A stretch of DNA of 64,000 nt, from positions 44,866-108,865 of the forward strand of contig CAYGZQ010000002.1 of assembly GCA_964354375.1 (NCBI GenBank), read 5' to 3'. Positions 36,583 to 45,746 of this stretch are shown piece after piece (position 1 is the first letter of the stretch; each line of letters opens with the position of its first letter). Below the pieces are notes generated by a model. It did no database searches, was not told the origin of the DNA, and worked only from the letters and a program-made list of their open reading frames with translations. The DNA comes from an uncultured Planctomycetota bacterium (lineage in GTDB: Bacteria > JAJVIF01 > JAPKYR01). The translations under genes were made by a program, and so were the position numbers.

Positions 36583-37509
36583 TTGCAGATGAACGGAAAT
36601 CGATGCATTCCAGTGAGACGGTTGGGTCTGAAGATGCATCCGCTGCACGAGCCTGCCGAGGAGGCTCTCGAGCGTTTGAGGAAAGCTGCGTCGGACCGCC
36701 GGATCGATATTGTATACCTGGATGAGGACCCGCAAGGGATCATTAATCCCCCGTGCCAGGCGGTTGCATCCATCGGAGGCGACGGGACGCTCCTGTCCGC
36801 CGTCCGATGCGCGTACCCGTCCGACATCCCGGTCTGGGGCATCAATGTCGGCGGCCTCGGCTACCTCACCACGTCCGGGACCGACGAGATCGAGCGCGGC
36901 GTCGAGCGCATCTCCAAAGGCGAGTATCAGGTTGAAAAGCGCACGATGATCGAAGCGGCGATCACGGGCACATCCGGACGTGAGACGCGCCTTGTCGCGC
37001 TCAACGACATCGTGGTCCATCGCATGGTGCCGGGCGGAGGGCTTATGGTGCTGGATGCGGAGCTTGACGGCAGGTTCCTTGCCACCTACGAAAGCGACGG
37101 GTTGATCGTATCAACGCCCACGGGCTCGACCGGGTACAACATCTCCGCAGGGGGATCCGTTCTCTCGCCCACGGTGCCCGCGTTCATTATCACGCCGATT
37201 TGCGCGCATTCCTTCAGTGCGAGAAGCCTGGTGATCGACGATTCGAGCGTCCTCGTGGTCAGGCCCAGGCTCAAGATGGCGGGCGAGATCGCGTTTGCGA
37301 CCGCGGACGGCCAGGACGTGGCCGAGCTTGTGGATTGTCCGCTGAGGAGCGGGCAGGGCGGCGCAGACAGTTGCCAGGTTGTCATTCGTCGCGCGGAGCG
37401 CTCGGCGGGACTTGTGCGATTCGACGAGGTGTTTTTCTCGGACGTTCTGAGGGACAAGCTCGGCTGGGCGGAAGGCGCGTCGGGCAACAGGAAAAAGTCC
37501 TCCGACTAG
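36583..37509 (+). CDS. nadK: NAD kinase
   Basis: GGDGTLL, NDIVV, TPTGSTGYNISAGG blocks. Start uncertain (ATG 36634 also possible). Confidence 0.8.
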   Translation: MQMNGNRCIPVRRLGLKMHPLHEPAEEALERLRKAASDRRIDIVYLDEDPQGIINPPCQAVASIGGDGTLLSAVRCAYPSDIPVWGINVGGLGYLTTSGTDEIERGVERISKGEYQVEKRTMIEAAITGTSGRETRLVALNDIVVHRMVPGGGLMVLDAELDGRFLATYESDGLIVSTPTGSTGYNISAGGSVLSPTVPAFIITPICAHSFSARSLVIDDSSVLVVRPRLKMAGEIAFATADGQDVAELVDCPLRSGQGGADSCQVVIRRAERSAGLVRFDEVFFSDVLRDKLGWAEGASGNRKKSSD

Positions 37510-37524
37510 GAGAAGGGTCGAAAC

Positions 37525-39231
37525 TTGCTGAAGGAGCTTTGCATACGGGATTTCAAGCTCCTGAGAGACGTGGATCTCAGATTCACGTCCGGCCTGACCG
37601 TTCTCACGGGCGAGACGGGCGCAGGGAAAACGCAATGCCTCGAAGCTCTGACGGCCGCTTTGGGAGCGAGGTCGGGCGACGACACGATCTCGAAGGACTC
37701 CGACAAGGCTGTCGTTACCGCGATCTTCGATCTTGGCGACCGGGCCGATGTCGCACTCACTCTGAAAAGGGGCGGCTGGCTCGACAACGACGAAACGGAG
37801 GTCGTGCTGGAGCGGACCATCGAGCGCGGCGGCCCGAGCAGGGGGCGTCTCAACGGCCGTCGAGTCCCCATCGGCACGCTGCAGGAAGTCTCCGACCGCC
37901 TCGTCGACCTCCTGGGTCAGAACGCGCGCGCCGACCTCCTCACTCGTCCGGCGCTCGAAATTCTCGACTCTCTCGGCGATGAATCCCACCAGAGCCACGT
38001 AGCCGCGGTCAGGAAAAATCACGCCGCATGGCAGGAGGCAAAAATCGCATATGAGCGGGAGGAGGCCGAGATCGAGCGGGCGAAGGAGCGTCGGGAGCTT
38101 GTCGAGTTCCAGTATTCAGAGCTTGAGAAAGCGGGCCTGAGAAAGGGCGAGGAGAAGGAGCTCACAAGAGAAGCCGAGCTTCTTGAGAGTGCGCGGGAGC
38201 GGATCGAGGAAGCTCTGAAGGCGGCATCGACACTGTCGGGCGAGACCGAAGGGGTTTCCAGCTCGAGGGATCTTCTTCAGGAAGCGCTCGACTCGATGGA
38301 GCACCTTGCGTCCGTGGACGCGGGTTTGAAGGGCGAGGCCTTGAGACTTCGCGAGATGGTGTTTCTCGCCGAGGAGCTTGCGGACACTCTCAGGCGCTAC
38401 GCGGAGGGGATAATAGACGATCCTGAGCGACGGTCGTGGGTCGAGGAAAGGCTCGGCGTGCTGCATCGTCTCGCCCGAAAGTACAAAATCGACGAGGCCG
38501 GACTGATCGAGCTTCGCGACAAGCTTGGGGAGGAACTCGAGAGGGTCACGAGCGCGTCCGACAGGCTCGGCAAGCTCGCGAAGGTGCGAGACGAAGCCCG
38601 AGACGAATATCTCAAGCAGGCCCGGACTCTGTCGAAGTTGAGAGAACGGCTCGGGAAGCGGATCTCCAAAGAGGTCAAAATACATCTCGCCGACCTCGAT
38701 CTGCCCAAGGCAACGTTCATTGCTGATTTGAAATCGGACCCGGACGATGAGAGCTCTTACAGGGCCGACGGAATCGACCGGGCCGAGCTTTTGATCGCGA
38801 CCAATCCGGCGCAGGAACCCGGTCCGCTCAAAAAGGTCGCCTCGGGCGGCGAGCTTTCCCGCCTTCTGATCGCACTCAAAACTGTGCTGGCGAAGCGCGA
38901 CAGGGTGCCGGTTTTGGTGTTCGACGAAGCTGAGGCCGGGATCGGGGGCGAGACCGCATTCAAGGTGGGAGAGAAACTCCTCGAGCTGAGCAAGAGCCAT
39001 CAACTGATACTCGTCAGCCATCTGCCGCAGATCGCGAGCCAGGGGGACGATCACTGGGTGATAGAGAAGGCGACGGTGAAATCCGACACGCGCGCTCTGG
39101 CAAGGAATGTCGCGGGCGAGGAGCGGGTGAAGGAAATCCAGCGTATGCTCGGCGCGCGCGGCGACCTCAAGGCGCTCGAAAAGCTCGCGCGCAGCTTCAT
39201 CAAGGGCACAAAACCCTCGACCTCACCCTGA
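37525..39231 (+). CDS. recN: DNA repair protein RecN
   Basis: N-terminal Walker A GETGAGKT, coiled-coil middle, C-terminal ASGGELSRLLIAL...LVFDEAEAGIGG. TTG start. Confidence 0.85.
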   Translation: MLKELCIRDFKLLRDVDLRFTSGLTVLTGETGAGKTQCLEALTAALGARSGDDTISKDSDKAVVTAIFDLGDRADVALTLKRGGWLDNDETEVVLERTIERGGPSRGRLNGRRVPIGTLQEVSDRLVDLLGQNARADLLTRPALEILDSLGDESHQSHVAAVRKNHAAWQEAKIAYEREEAEIERAKERRELVEFQYSELEKAGLRKGEEKELTREAELLESARERIEEALKAASTLSGETEGVSSSRDLLQEALDSMEHLASVDAGLKGEALRLREMVFLAEELADTLRRYAEGIIDDPERRSWVEERLGVLHRLARKYKIDEAGLIELRDKLGEELERVTSASDRLGKLAKVRDEARDEYLKQARTLSKLRERLGKRISKEVKIHLADLDLPKATFIADLKSDPDDESSYRADGIDRAELLIATNPAQEPGPLKKVASGGELSRLLIALKTVLAKRDRVPVLVFDEAEAGIGGETAFKVGEKLLELSKSHQLILVSHLPQIASQGDDHWVIEKATVKSDTRALARNVAGEERVKEIQRMLGARGDLKALEKLARSFIKGTKPSTSP

Positions 39232-39250
39232 AGACGCGCGCTGCGCGCCG

Positions 39251-39937
39251 GGTGGCGCCCACAGCCGGAGCGTCAGCGTAGGCTGTGGGTGAGCCCAGAT
39301 CACAGTCCTTTCAGTATCTCCAAATCCAACGGGATTTCCCCCTTCTCACCAACCAGCCATCCACGCGCGCTTCCCCATTTCCATTCTGTCGCTGTCATCA
39401 CCAAACCCTTCTTCACCGGATTATCGTGTATATATTGCACTTCAGCAAGAATGGCATCCTGTGTCCTCAGGTTTCTGTCATAGCCCCCTCCATCCTGCCA
39501 GAATCTGTATCTCGGTCTTGCTAAGCCCGTCTCGATACGCGCCAACAGCTTCGGACTTCTCTCTCTGATGACTGGAATCGCCTTGTTAGCCGACGATTGC
39601 TTGATTGACCTGAGTATGTCAGAGATTGAATACTCCTCCCGCCTCGGGAATATCAACAGGTGAACATGATCCGGCATGAACAGCCATGCCACAATTGCGA
39701 AATCATGCAGACGCCCCGCTCGTATTATAGCCTGCGCCACAATCTGCTTTGTGAAGGCATATTTCAAAAGGGGAAGATTCCTGAAGCACGAAAAATTGAG
39801 CGCGTGCGCGTGGCCTGGGACATTGAAATGCTGATACTTCCTGCCAAGCTCATTCGAAGGTCTCATAGGTAGTATTATATATCTTCTATTGAGGTCACCC
39901 ACAGCCTACGCTGACGCTCCGGCTGTGGGCGCCACCC
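39251..39937. mobile_element. Compact RAYT/IS200-like element: tyrosine (HUH) transposase gene flanked by perfect 42-bp terminal inverted repeats, each internally hairpin-forming
   Basis: Left end GGTGGCGCCCACAGCCGGAGCGTCAGCGTAGGCTGTGGGTGA (39251-39292) is the exact reverse complement of the right end 39896-39937. GC of the interior is about 50%, against about 61% for the flanks. Confidence 0.8.
39300..39902 (-). CDS. REP-associated tyrosine transposase (RAYT) / IS200-family TnpA (HUH Y1 transposase)
   Basis: HUH motif HVHLLI and catalytic Tyr region EVQYIHDNP. About 200 aa. Confidence 0.75.
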   Translation of the reverse strand: MGDLNRRYIILPMRPSNELGRKYQHFNVPGHAHALNFSCFRNLPLLKYAFTKQIVAQAIIRAGRLHDFAIVAWLFMPDHVHLLIFPRREEYSISDILRSIKQSSANKAIPVIRERSPKLLARIETGLARPRYRFWQDGGGYDRNLRTQDAILAEVQYIHDNPVKKGLVMTATEWKWGSARGWLVGEKGEIPLDLEILKGL

Positions 39938-40067
39938 CGAGAATAAGTCATCGATGTCCGGGTGCCCGTCACAAGCGTAGCTTGTGGCTGTTTTGTCCTA
40001 TGTAAAGAGTCCCGACAGTCGCAGCCTCCGCTAACGGGGTTGTTGAAAAAGTCGAATTTGTAAAGGC

Positions 40068-40086
40068 ACGGCATGCCGTGCCCTTT
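40068..40086. repeat. Short perfect palindrome GGCACGGCATGCCGTGCC (second copy at 51044-51062)
   Basis: Seen directly in two intergenic locations. Confidence 0.6.
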
Positions 40087-40117
40087 CTGATGCCGAATGA
40101 ATGGCAGGCTGGTAGCT

Positions 40118-40165
40118 GCCGGTAGCAGCTACTTTTTCGAAGACGAAAAAGATAGCAGCTACCGG
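40118..40165. repeat. Second copy of the GTAGCAGCTAC / CTTTTTCGAAGACGAAAAAG palindromic repeat
   Basis: Matches 35496-35540 nearly exactly. Confidence 0.65.
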
Positions 40166-40277
40166 CGCCACCCGGAAAGCACCCGCGCTTGTATGATTTC
40201 CCCGGCTGGAGTATGTTAAAGGATTACACGCGGGCAGGGACAATACTGCATGAGCTTTGCGCAGAAGGAACCGTAAG

Positions 40278-42905
40278 TTGGAGACGTCAAGGCTTAGAGA
40301 GCTGTTCATCGACTTCTTCCGCTCGAAGGATCACCACATAGAGCCGTCGGCGAGCCTTGTTCCGCCCGCGGACGACCGCTCGCTTCTCCTCATAAACGCG
40401 GGGATGGCACCGTTGAAACAGTATTTTCTGGGTATGGCGAAACCGCCGTCCACGCGCATCGCGTCGTGCCAGAGATGCCTCCGCACGAACGATATCGACG
40501 AGGTCGGCAGGACTCCCCGACATCTGACGCTCTTCGAGATGCTCGGCAATTTCTCGTTCGGCGATTATTTCAAGAAAGAGATCATCGTCTGGTCATGGGA
40601 ATTCGTGCGCGACTGGCTGGACATCCCCGAGGACCGGATGAGGGTGAGCGTTCACGAGAAGGACGATGAGGCCTACGGAATCTGGGAGAAAGAGGTCGGC
40701 GTAAGACGAGACTGGATTTATCGACTCGGCGACAATGATAACTTCTGGTTCATGGCTGAGACCGGACCGTGCGGTCCGGACAGCGAGATTTTCTACGATC
40801 TGGGCGAGGACCTGGGCGCTGACCTCACCCCCGAAACCGGCGGCGACAGATGGGTGGAAATCTGGAACCTCGTTTTCACGCAGTTCGACCGTCAGCCGGA
40901 CGGGACTCTGATCCCGCTGCCCAAGAAAAACGTGGACACCGGCATGGGCCTCGAAAGAACCGCCATGGCGCTGCAGGGAAAGCAGTCGGTGTTCGAGGCC
41001 GACTGTTTCGCCCCGATTATCGGGACTTTCCGCAACGACACTCCCGCGGAGATCCTCGAAAGCCGAAGTTACATCAAGGCCGGAATCAACTCGCTCTATG
41101 TCGTGGCGGATCATGTCCGCGCAGTGACGATGCTGATCGCGGACGGCGTGTATCCGGGCAACGAGGGTCGCGGGTATGTTCTGAGGCGATTATTGAGACG
41201 CGCGCTGGTGCACTTGAGAAGACTCGGTCAGCCGGAGGGCGGGCTACTGAAGGCGTTTCCCATCGTGCTCGATCTTCTCGGCGAAACCTACCCTCTTCTT
41301 GTGGAGCGCCGGGAGCATATCGAGAAGCTGGTCACGGTCGAGGAGGACAATTTCCTGAAGACCCTGGGCGCAGGCGTGGCGCGACTCGAAAGCGCAATAG
41401 AGAACCTGTCCCAAGCGAATGTGATCCCCGGCGAGATCGCGTTCGAGATGTTCGACACGTACGGTGTGCCGCTCGATGTGACGGTCGAGATGGCGCAGGC
41501 TCGCGGCATGAAGGTCGACGAAAGAGGCTATCAGGAAGCGCTGGATGGAGCGCGCAAACGCAGCCGGGTGGTTACCGAGGAACTCCTGGGCGCCGATCAG
41601 GATGCTCGCCATGCCGTTCAGACCACCGGCAAGACCGAGTTCACCGGCTACGGGGAGCTCGACGAAACCGCCACTTTGGTCGAGTACAATCCCGAGCATG
41701 GTTTCGTTCTGCTCGACCGTACGCCTTTCTATGCGGAGAAGGGCGGACAGGTCGGGGACACGGGAAAGATCCGATTCAATGGCGGCGAGCTCACTGTGGT
41801 CGACACGCAGTATGTCGGGGATGTCGTGGTGCACAAAATCGATCCCTCCAAGACCGAGGGGGACCCGTCGGCGATCAAGCCGGGCGACCCGGTTGAGGCA
41901 ATCGTGGATGGGAACCGCCGTCGCGCCATCCGTCGCGCTCATACGGCCACTCATCTCCTTCACGCGGCGCTGAGGCATGTTCTGGGCGAGCATGTACATC
42001 AGGCCGGATCGGTTGTCGAGCCGGACCGCCTGAGGTTCGATTTCTCTCACTTCCAGCCGCTGACCAGGGAGGAGGTCCGAAAAATCGAGGACTGGGCGAA
42101 CGAGAGAGTGTTTTCGGAAATCAGTGTTCATTGCAGGGAAGTGCCGTACGATGAGGCGGTGAAAGCGGGCGCGATGGCGCTGTTCGGCGAGAAGTACGGT
42201 GAGAGGGTGCGCATGGTCTGGGTGGGCGAGCATGAAGACATGCCTGTCAGGGGGAGATCGGAGACGATCGAGCTTTGCGGCGGAACGCACGTGGACAATA
42301 CGGGCGTTATCGGGATGATCAAGGTGATCGGCGAGGAGTCGGTGGCGAGCGGGGTAAGGCGTATCGAGGCGGTCACGGGTCGACGGGCGTACGAGCTTGC
42401 GCAGGGCGAAGATGCAACCCTTCGTGTAATCTCGGATGAGCTGCGAGTGCCGCTAACCTCTATCGAGCGCGGCGTCGCCAGGCTTGTCGAAAACATGAAG
42501 CGTCTGGACAAAGAAAAAAAGGACCTGGAGCAGAGACTGATAAACGGTCAGACGGGAAACGTCTCCGAGCAGGTCTCGATCGGATCGGCTACGGCGGTTA
42601 TTTTTCCGGCCCAGACACTGGCACCCGACGCTGTGGGGAAAATGCTCGATCGGGCTGTCGAGAAGGAAGCGGTCGTGATCGCGTTCGCAGTCACTTCTTA
42701 CGAGGACAAAGGCACGTTGCTGATAAGCTGCTCAAAAGCGGCGGTAAATGCGGGTTATCATGCGGGAAACCTTGTGAAGGCGGTGTCGGAGTCGATGGGC
42801 GGTCGAGGTGGCGGCAAGGCTTCATTTGCGCGCGGCGGTGTCGATGCATCAAAGTATGAAGAAGGCAAAGCGGCTTTCCTGAAGGCGCTAGACCTCACCC
42901 CCTGA
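40278..42905 (+). CDS. alaS: Alanine--tRNA ligase
   Basis: LRELFIDFFRSKDHHIEPSASLVP, TNAGM-like block LINAGMAP, FEMLGNFSFGDYFK, editing-domain HTATHLLHAAL, C-terminal DHHA1. TTG start after a GAAGGA RBS. Confidence 0.9.
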   Translation: METSRLRELFIDFFRSKDHHIEPSASLVPPADDRSLLLINAGMAPLKQYFLGMAKPPSTRIASCQRCLRTNDIDEVGRTPRHLTLFEMLGNFSFGDYFKKEIIVWSWEFVRDWLDIPEDRMRVSVHEKDDEAYGIWEKEVGVRRDWIYRLGDNDNFWFMAETGPCGPDSEIFYDLGEDLGADLTPETGGDRWVEIWNLVFTQFDRQPDGTLIPLPKKNVDTGMGLERTAMALQGKQSVFEADCFAPIIGTFRNDTPAEILESRSYIKAGINSLYVVADHVRAVTMLIADGVYPGNEGRGYVLRRLLRRALVHLRRLGQPEGGLLKAFPIVLDLLGETYPLLVERREHIEKLVTVEEDNFLKTLGAGVARLESAIENLSQANVIPGEIAFEMFDTYGVPLDVTVEMAQARGMKVDERGYQEALDGARKRSRVVTEELLGADQDARHAVQTTGKTEFTGYGELDETATLVEYNPEHGFVLLDRTPFYAEKGGQVGDTGKIRFNGGELTVVDTQYVGDVVVHKIDPSKTEGDPSAIKPGDPVEAIVDGNRRRAIRRAHTATHLLHAALRHVLGEHVHQAGSVVEPDRLRFDFSHFQPLTREEVRKIEDWANERVFSEISVHCREVPYDEAVKAGAMALFGEKYGERVRMVWVGEHEDMPVRGRSETIELCGGTHVDNTGVIGMIKVIGEESVASGVRRIEAVTGRRAYELAQGEDATLRVISDELRVPLTSIERGVARLVENMKRLDKEKKDLEQRLINGQTGNVSEQVSIGSATAVIFPAQTLAPDAVGKMLDRAVEKEAVVIAFAVTSYEDKGTLLISCSKAAVNAGYHAGNLVKAVSESMGGRGGGKASFARGGVDASKYEEGKAAFLKALDLTP

Positions 42906-42947
42906 CCCCCTCTCCGCAATTGCGGAGAGGGGGCTAGGGGGTGAGGT
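42893..42947. repeat. REP-like perfect palindrome CTCACCCCCTGACCCCCTCTCCGCAA/TTGCGGAGAGGGGGCTAGGGGGTGAGG overlapping the alaS stop codon
   Basis: Seen directly. Likely acts as a transcript-end hairpin (no T-tract). Confidence 0.7.
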
Positions 42948-43033
42948 GTTGATGGGATTATAATATCAGGAAGATTCGGTAACGGATGAATGCTGCCGTT
43001 CTGAACCCACGAACCAACGAGGCGGTCTGGCTA

Positions 43034-44830
43034 ATGGTGAAACCTGCAATGATGAATGGCAAACGAGGGGCCCGGGGGTTGATCCTCGGATTGATTGCGG
43101 CGCTCAGTTTCCTTGCGGTCGCTCAAGCCGCCGGGGCACAGCAGGTAAGGCAGTTCGCCCCGATCCCGCGAACCGATCTCTATGAGAGGGAGTTTATCAG
43201 CGATTTCTTCGATGCTCTCGGGTCGCGGCCGGAGGGTTTGTCGTGGGTGGAGGACAGCGCGACGGTGCGTGTTCTTGTCGATGGCGGCGTGCTCGCCGAG
43301 CGCGGAGATGTCGAAGGCGCTATAACGTCGTTCAGCGCCCTCCCCGAAAATATCTCGTCCGCGTTCCCGTTTCTCGCGACGATGAAGGAAGACCTGCACG
43401 TTCCGGTTGTCCTCGAGCCCTGGTATCGGCAGGACGAAGCACGGGAGATGCTCTTCACTTTCTACGAGGACGTGTGGCTGCCTCATCCGGAATATCGCGA
43501 CGATTACCTGAGTTTCAAGGAAGACACCATGGGTCGGGCGAGCAGGCTCAGTGAGACCACGCCGGCGGTCTGGATAATGGGTCATCTCGCCGACTACGGA
43601 TTCATCGCCGACAGGCAGCTCACCGAAGATGATCCCTATCTCTTCCTCTGGGACCTTCTCACCGGAGTGTCCTTCTACGCTCAGCGCGCGACTTTCTATG
43701 GGCTTCAGTGGGACAAGTACGACGAGAACAAATACAAGATAGCGGTGGTCGCGAGGGTCGGACAGCTGATTCACGGGGCGCATGACGAAGCGGCCCGGCT
43801 CGAAATGGGTCGGGGCTTCTGGGGAGACCTGATAAGCAGCCACAAGCCCTTCGAGACGCAGACCCGTGGAGTTGAGAGCACGGGCGAGGTTCGTCCGCCC
43901 GCGGAGACGGGCCCGACATCCCAGACCGGCACCGCCGGGACAGTGGTTCCTCCCATAGAGAGAACAGCGGAGGAAGTCGACTACGCCGACCTCTTCAAGG
44001 CGCCCGGGGAGTTGGTTCAGCCTGCCGGCGAACGAGCGGCGAGGATCAAATCGCTGGTCGACGAACTGGAGCGGAAAGTCCAGGCGGCCGAGACCGCTGC
44101 GCAGACCCCGTCCGGTGAGGAGACCGCTCCTCCTGAGGTGCGCGTGACGCCGCCTGTAGAGCAGCCACCGACCGAACAACCACCAGCTGAGCAGCCTCCA
44201 ACCGAGCAACCACCGACCGAGCAGCCTCCGGACGAGTTCCAGTATGAGCCGGTGCCTGAGCAGGTTCCCTCGGAAGCGGCGCAGGAAGGCCAGGCGCCGA
44301 CCGAACTGACACCCTATGCTGCGGCGAGGCTGACCGAGATCGCCGACAAGCTTGCAGTCGATATCGGGGCGCTTGCCGGTGAGCTGGGTCGGGAGACGAT
44401 TGATCTTGTTGTGATCTACAACGACGTGAATGTATCGGAGGAGACGGTCGGCGCCGCCGAGGAGCGGTATGTTGCGAAGCGCGAGGAATTTCTGGCCGGA
44501 CTCGCTCTTTGGGATCGGTTCAACATGGAGATCTACTCGCCGCTCACGCTGAAGGACTTCAACGACCTCATAATGGCCGATCTCAGGGCGCCGTACGAGG
44601 AACTGAAGACAAAGCCGACCCAGTGGGAGGGCTACAAGGCGTTCGAGTCTCATTTCGAGGAAGCCCTGGGTCAGATCGAGCACGGCACACGCAACCGTCG
44701 CGACCAGGCGGATGTCCAGGCTGCGGAAGCTGCGGCGCTGACGGCGTTCCTGGGCGACTACCAGGACCTCGTCGAGGAAATCGAAGACCTTCTCTCCGGA
44801 GCGGTCACATCGGCTCCGGTGGGACAATAG
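43034..44830 (+). CDS. Secreted hypothetical protein with Pro-rich PPTEQ pentapeptide tandem repeats
   Basis: Signal peptide GLILGLIAALSFLAVAQAAGA. Repeats EQPPTEQPPAEQPPTEQPPTEQPPDE at 44158-44236. Start uncertain (track ORF begins at 42986). Confidence 0.5.
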   Translation: MVKPAMMNGKRGARGLILGLIAALSFLAVAQAAGAQQVRQFAPIPRTDLYEREFISDFFDALGSRPEGLSWVEDSATVRVLVDGGVLAERGDVEGAITSFSALPENISSAFPFLATMKEDLHVPVVLEPWYRQDEAREMLFTFYEDVWLPHPEYRDDYLSFKEDTMGRASRLSETTPAVWIMGHLADYGFIADRQLTEDDPYLFLWDLLTGVSFYAQRATFYGLQWDKYDENKYKIAVVARVGQLIHGAHDEAARLEMGRGFWGDLISSHKPFETQTRGVESTGEVRPPAETGPTSQTGTAGTVVPPIERTAEEVDYADLFKAPGELVQPAGERAARIKSLVDELERKVQAAETAAQTPSGEETAPPEVRVTPPVEQPPTEQPPAEQPPTEQPPTEQPPDEFQYEPVPEQVPSEAAQEGQAPTELTPYAAARLTEIADKLAVDIGALAGELGRETIDLVVIYNDVNVSEETVGAAEERYVAKREEFLAGLALWDRFNMEIYSPLTLKDFNDLIMADLRAPYEELKTKPTQWEGYKAFESHFEEALGQIEHGTRNRRDQADVQAAEAAALTAFLGDYQDLVEEIEDLLSGAVTSAPVGQ

Positions 44831-44892
44831 CCGCCATAATCGATTCCGGTCATTTTCTATCGTTACATCCCGTGAATCCTGGATGACAAGCC

Positions 44893-45732
44893 ATGCGCGT
44901 CGCCTTCGTACAGACATCGCCCCGGCTGGGTCTCACCTCCCTGAATCTTCGGGAGGCTTTCTCACTTGTCGAGAAAGTGCGCGACGCCGATCTGATCGTT
45001 CTCCCCGAGCTTTTCCATTCGGGGTACGCGGTGAGGGATCGCGGGGAGTCCGAGGCTCTCTCGGTATCGCCGGACGAATTGAGCGATCCGCTGCAGATGT
45101 GCGTGGACGCGTGCCGGGGTTTCAACACGGCCATTGTCGGCGGATTTCTCGAGCGCGACGATTCGGGCAGACTCTACAATTCGGCATGGCTTGTGGGTCC
45201 GGACGGAGTTTCGGCAACATATCGGAAGGTCCATCTTTTCAACCATGAGAAGGACATTTTCGAGCCTGGAGACGCCGAGGCCCCGCCGCCAGTAGCCAGG
45301 GTCGGGGGAGCGGGCGGCGGAAGGGTCGGGATGCAGATTTGTTTCGACTGGATTTTTCCCGAAGGCTGGGGCAGGATTGCATGGGGCGAGGGCGATGGAA
45401 GCGGCGCGCAGATCATCGCGCATCCCGTGAATCTGGTGATACCCGATGCCTGTCCGCTTGCAATTCGGACGCGGGCAATGGAAAATCGTGTTTTCATCGT
45501 CACGGCGGGACGAGTGGGTACCGATCCCGGTCCCGAGGGCGTCATCGAGTTCAGGGGGGGAAGCCGGATAGTCGCGCCGGACGGCTCGATACTGGCGGCG
45601 GGTTCCGACTATCGTCCCGGGTGCGACATGGCGACAATCGATCCCGCCTGGGCGGACGACAAATACGTCACTCCCCGAAACCATGTCCTGAAAGAGCGTT
45701 TCGGCGTGACCGATGGCATTGAGCCATCCTAG
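44893..45732 (+). CDS. Carbon-nitrogen hydrolase family protein (nitrilase/amidase superfamily)
   Basis: Catalytic triad context LPELF (Glu), KVHLF (Lys), QICFDWIFPE (Cys). Confidence 0.75.
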   Translation: MRVAFVQTSPRLGLTSLNLREAFSLVEKVRDADLIVLPELFHSGYAVRDRGESEALSVSPDELSDPLQMCVDACRGFNTAIVGGFLERDDSGRLYNSAWLVGPDGVSATYRKVHLFNHEKDIFEPGDAEAPPPVARVGGAGGGRVGMQICFDWIFPEGWGRIAWGEGDGSGAQIIAHPVNLVIPDACPLAIRTRAMENRVFIVTAGRVGTDPGPEGVIEFRGGSRIVAPDGSILAAGSDYRPGCDMATIDPAWADDKYVTPRNHVLKERFGVTDGIEPS

Positions 45733-45746
45733 AAAGCTGTTTCCTG

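Noticed and set aside
35759-39054. Minus-strand ORFs 35759-36559, 36556-37020, 37111-38022, 38116-39054
   Set aside because: Antisense to tlyA, nadK and recN.
40593-42290. ORFs 40593-41114 (minus), 41244-42290 (minus), 40850-41896 (plus, other frame)
   Set aside because: Lie within alaS on the wrong strand or frame.
43031-44917. 628-aa minus-strand ORF
   Set aside because: Antisense to the secreted PPTEQ-repeat protein. Translation is extremely Arg-rich, and the plus-strand ORF has a signal peptide.
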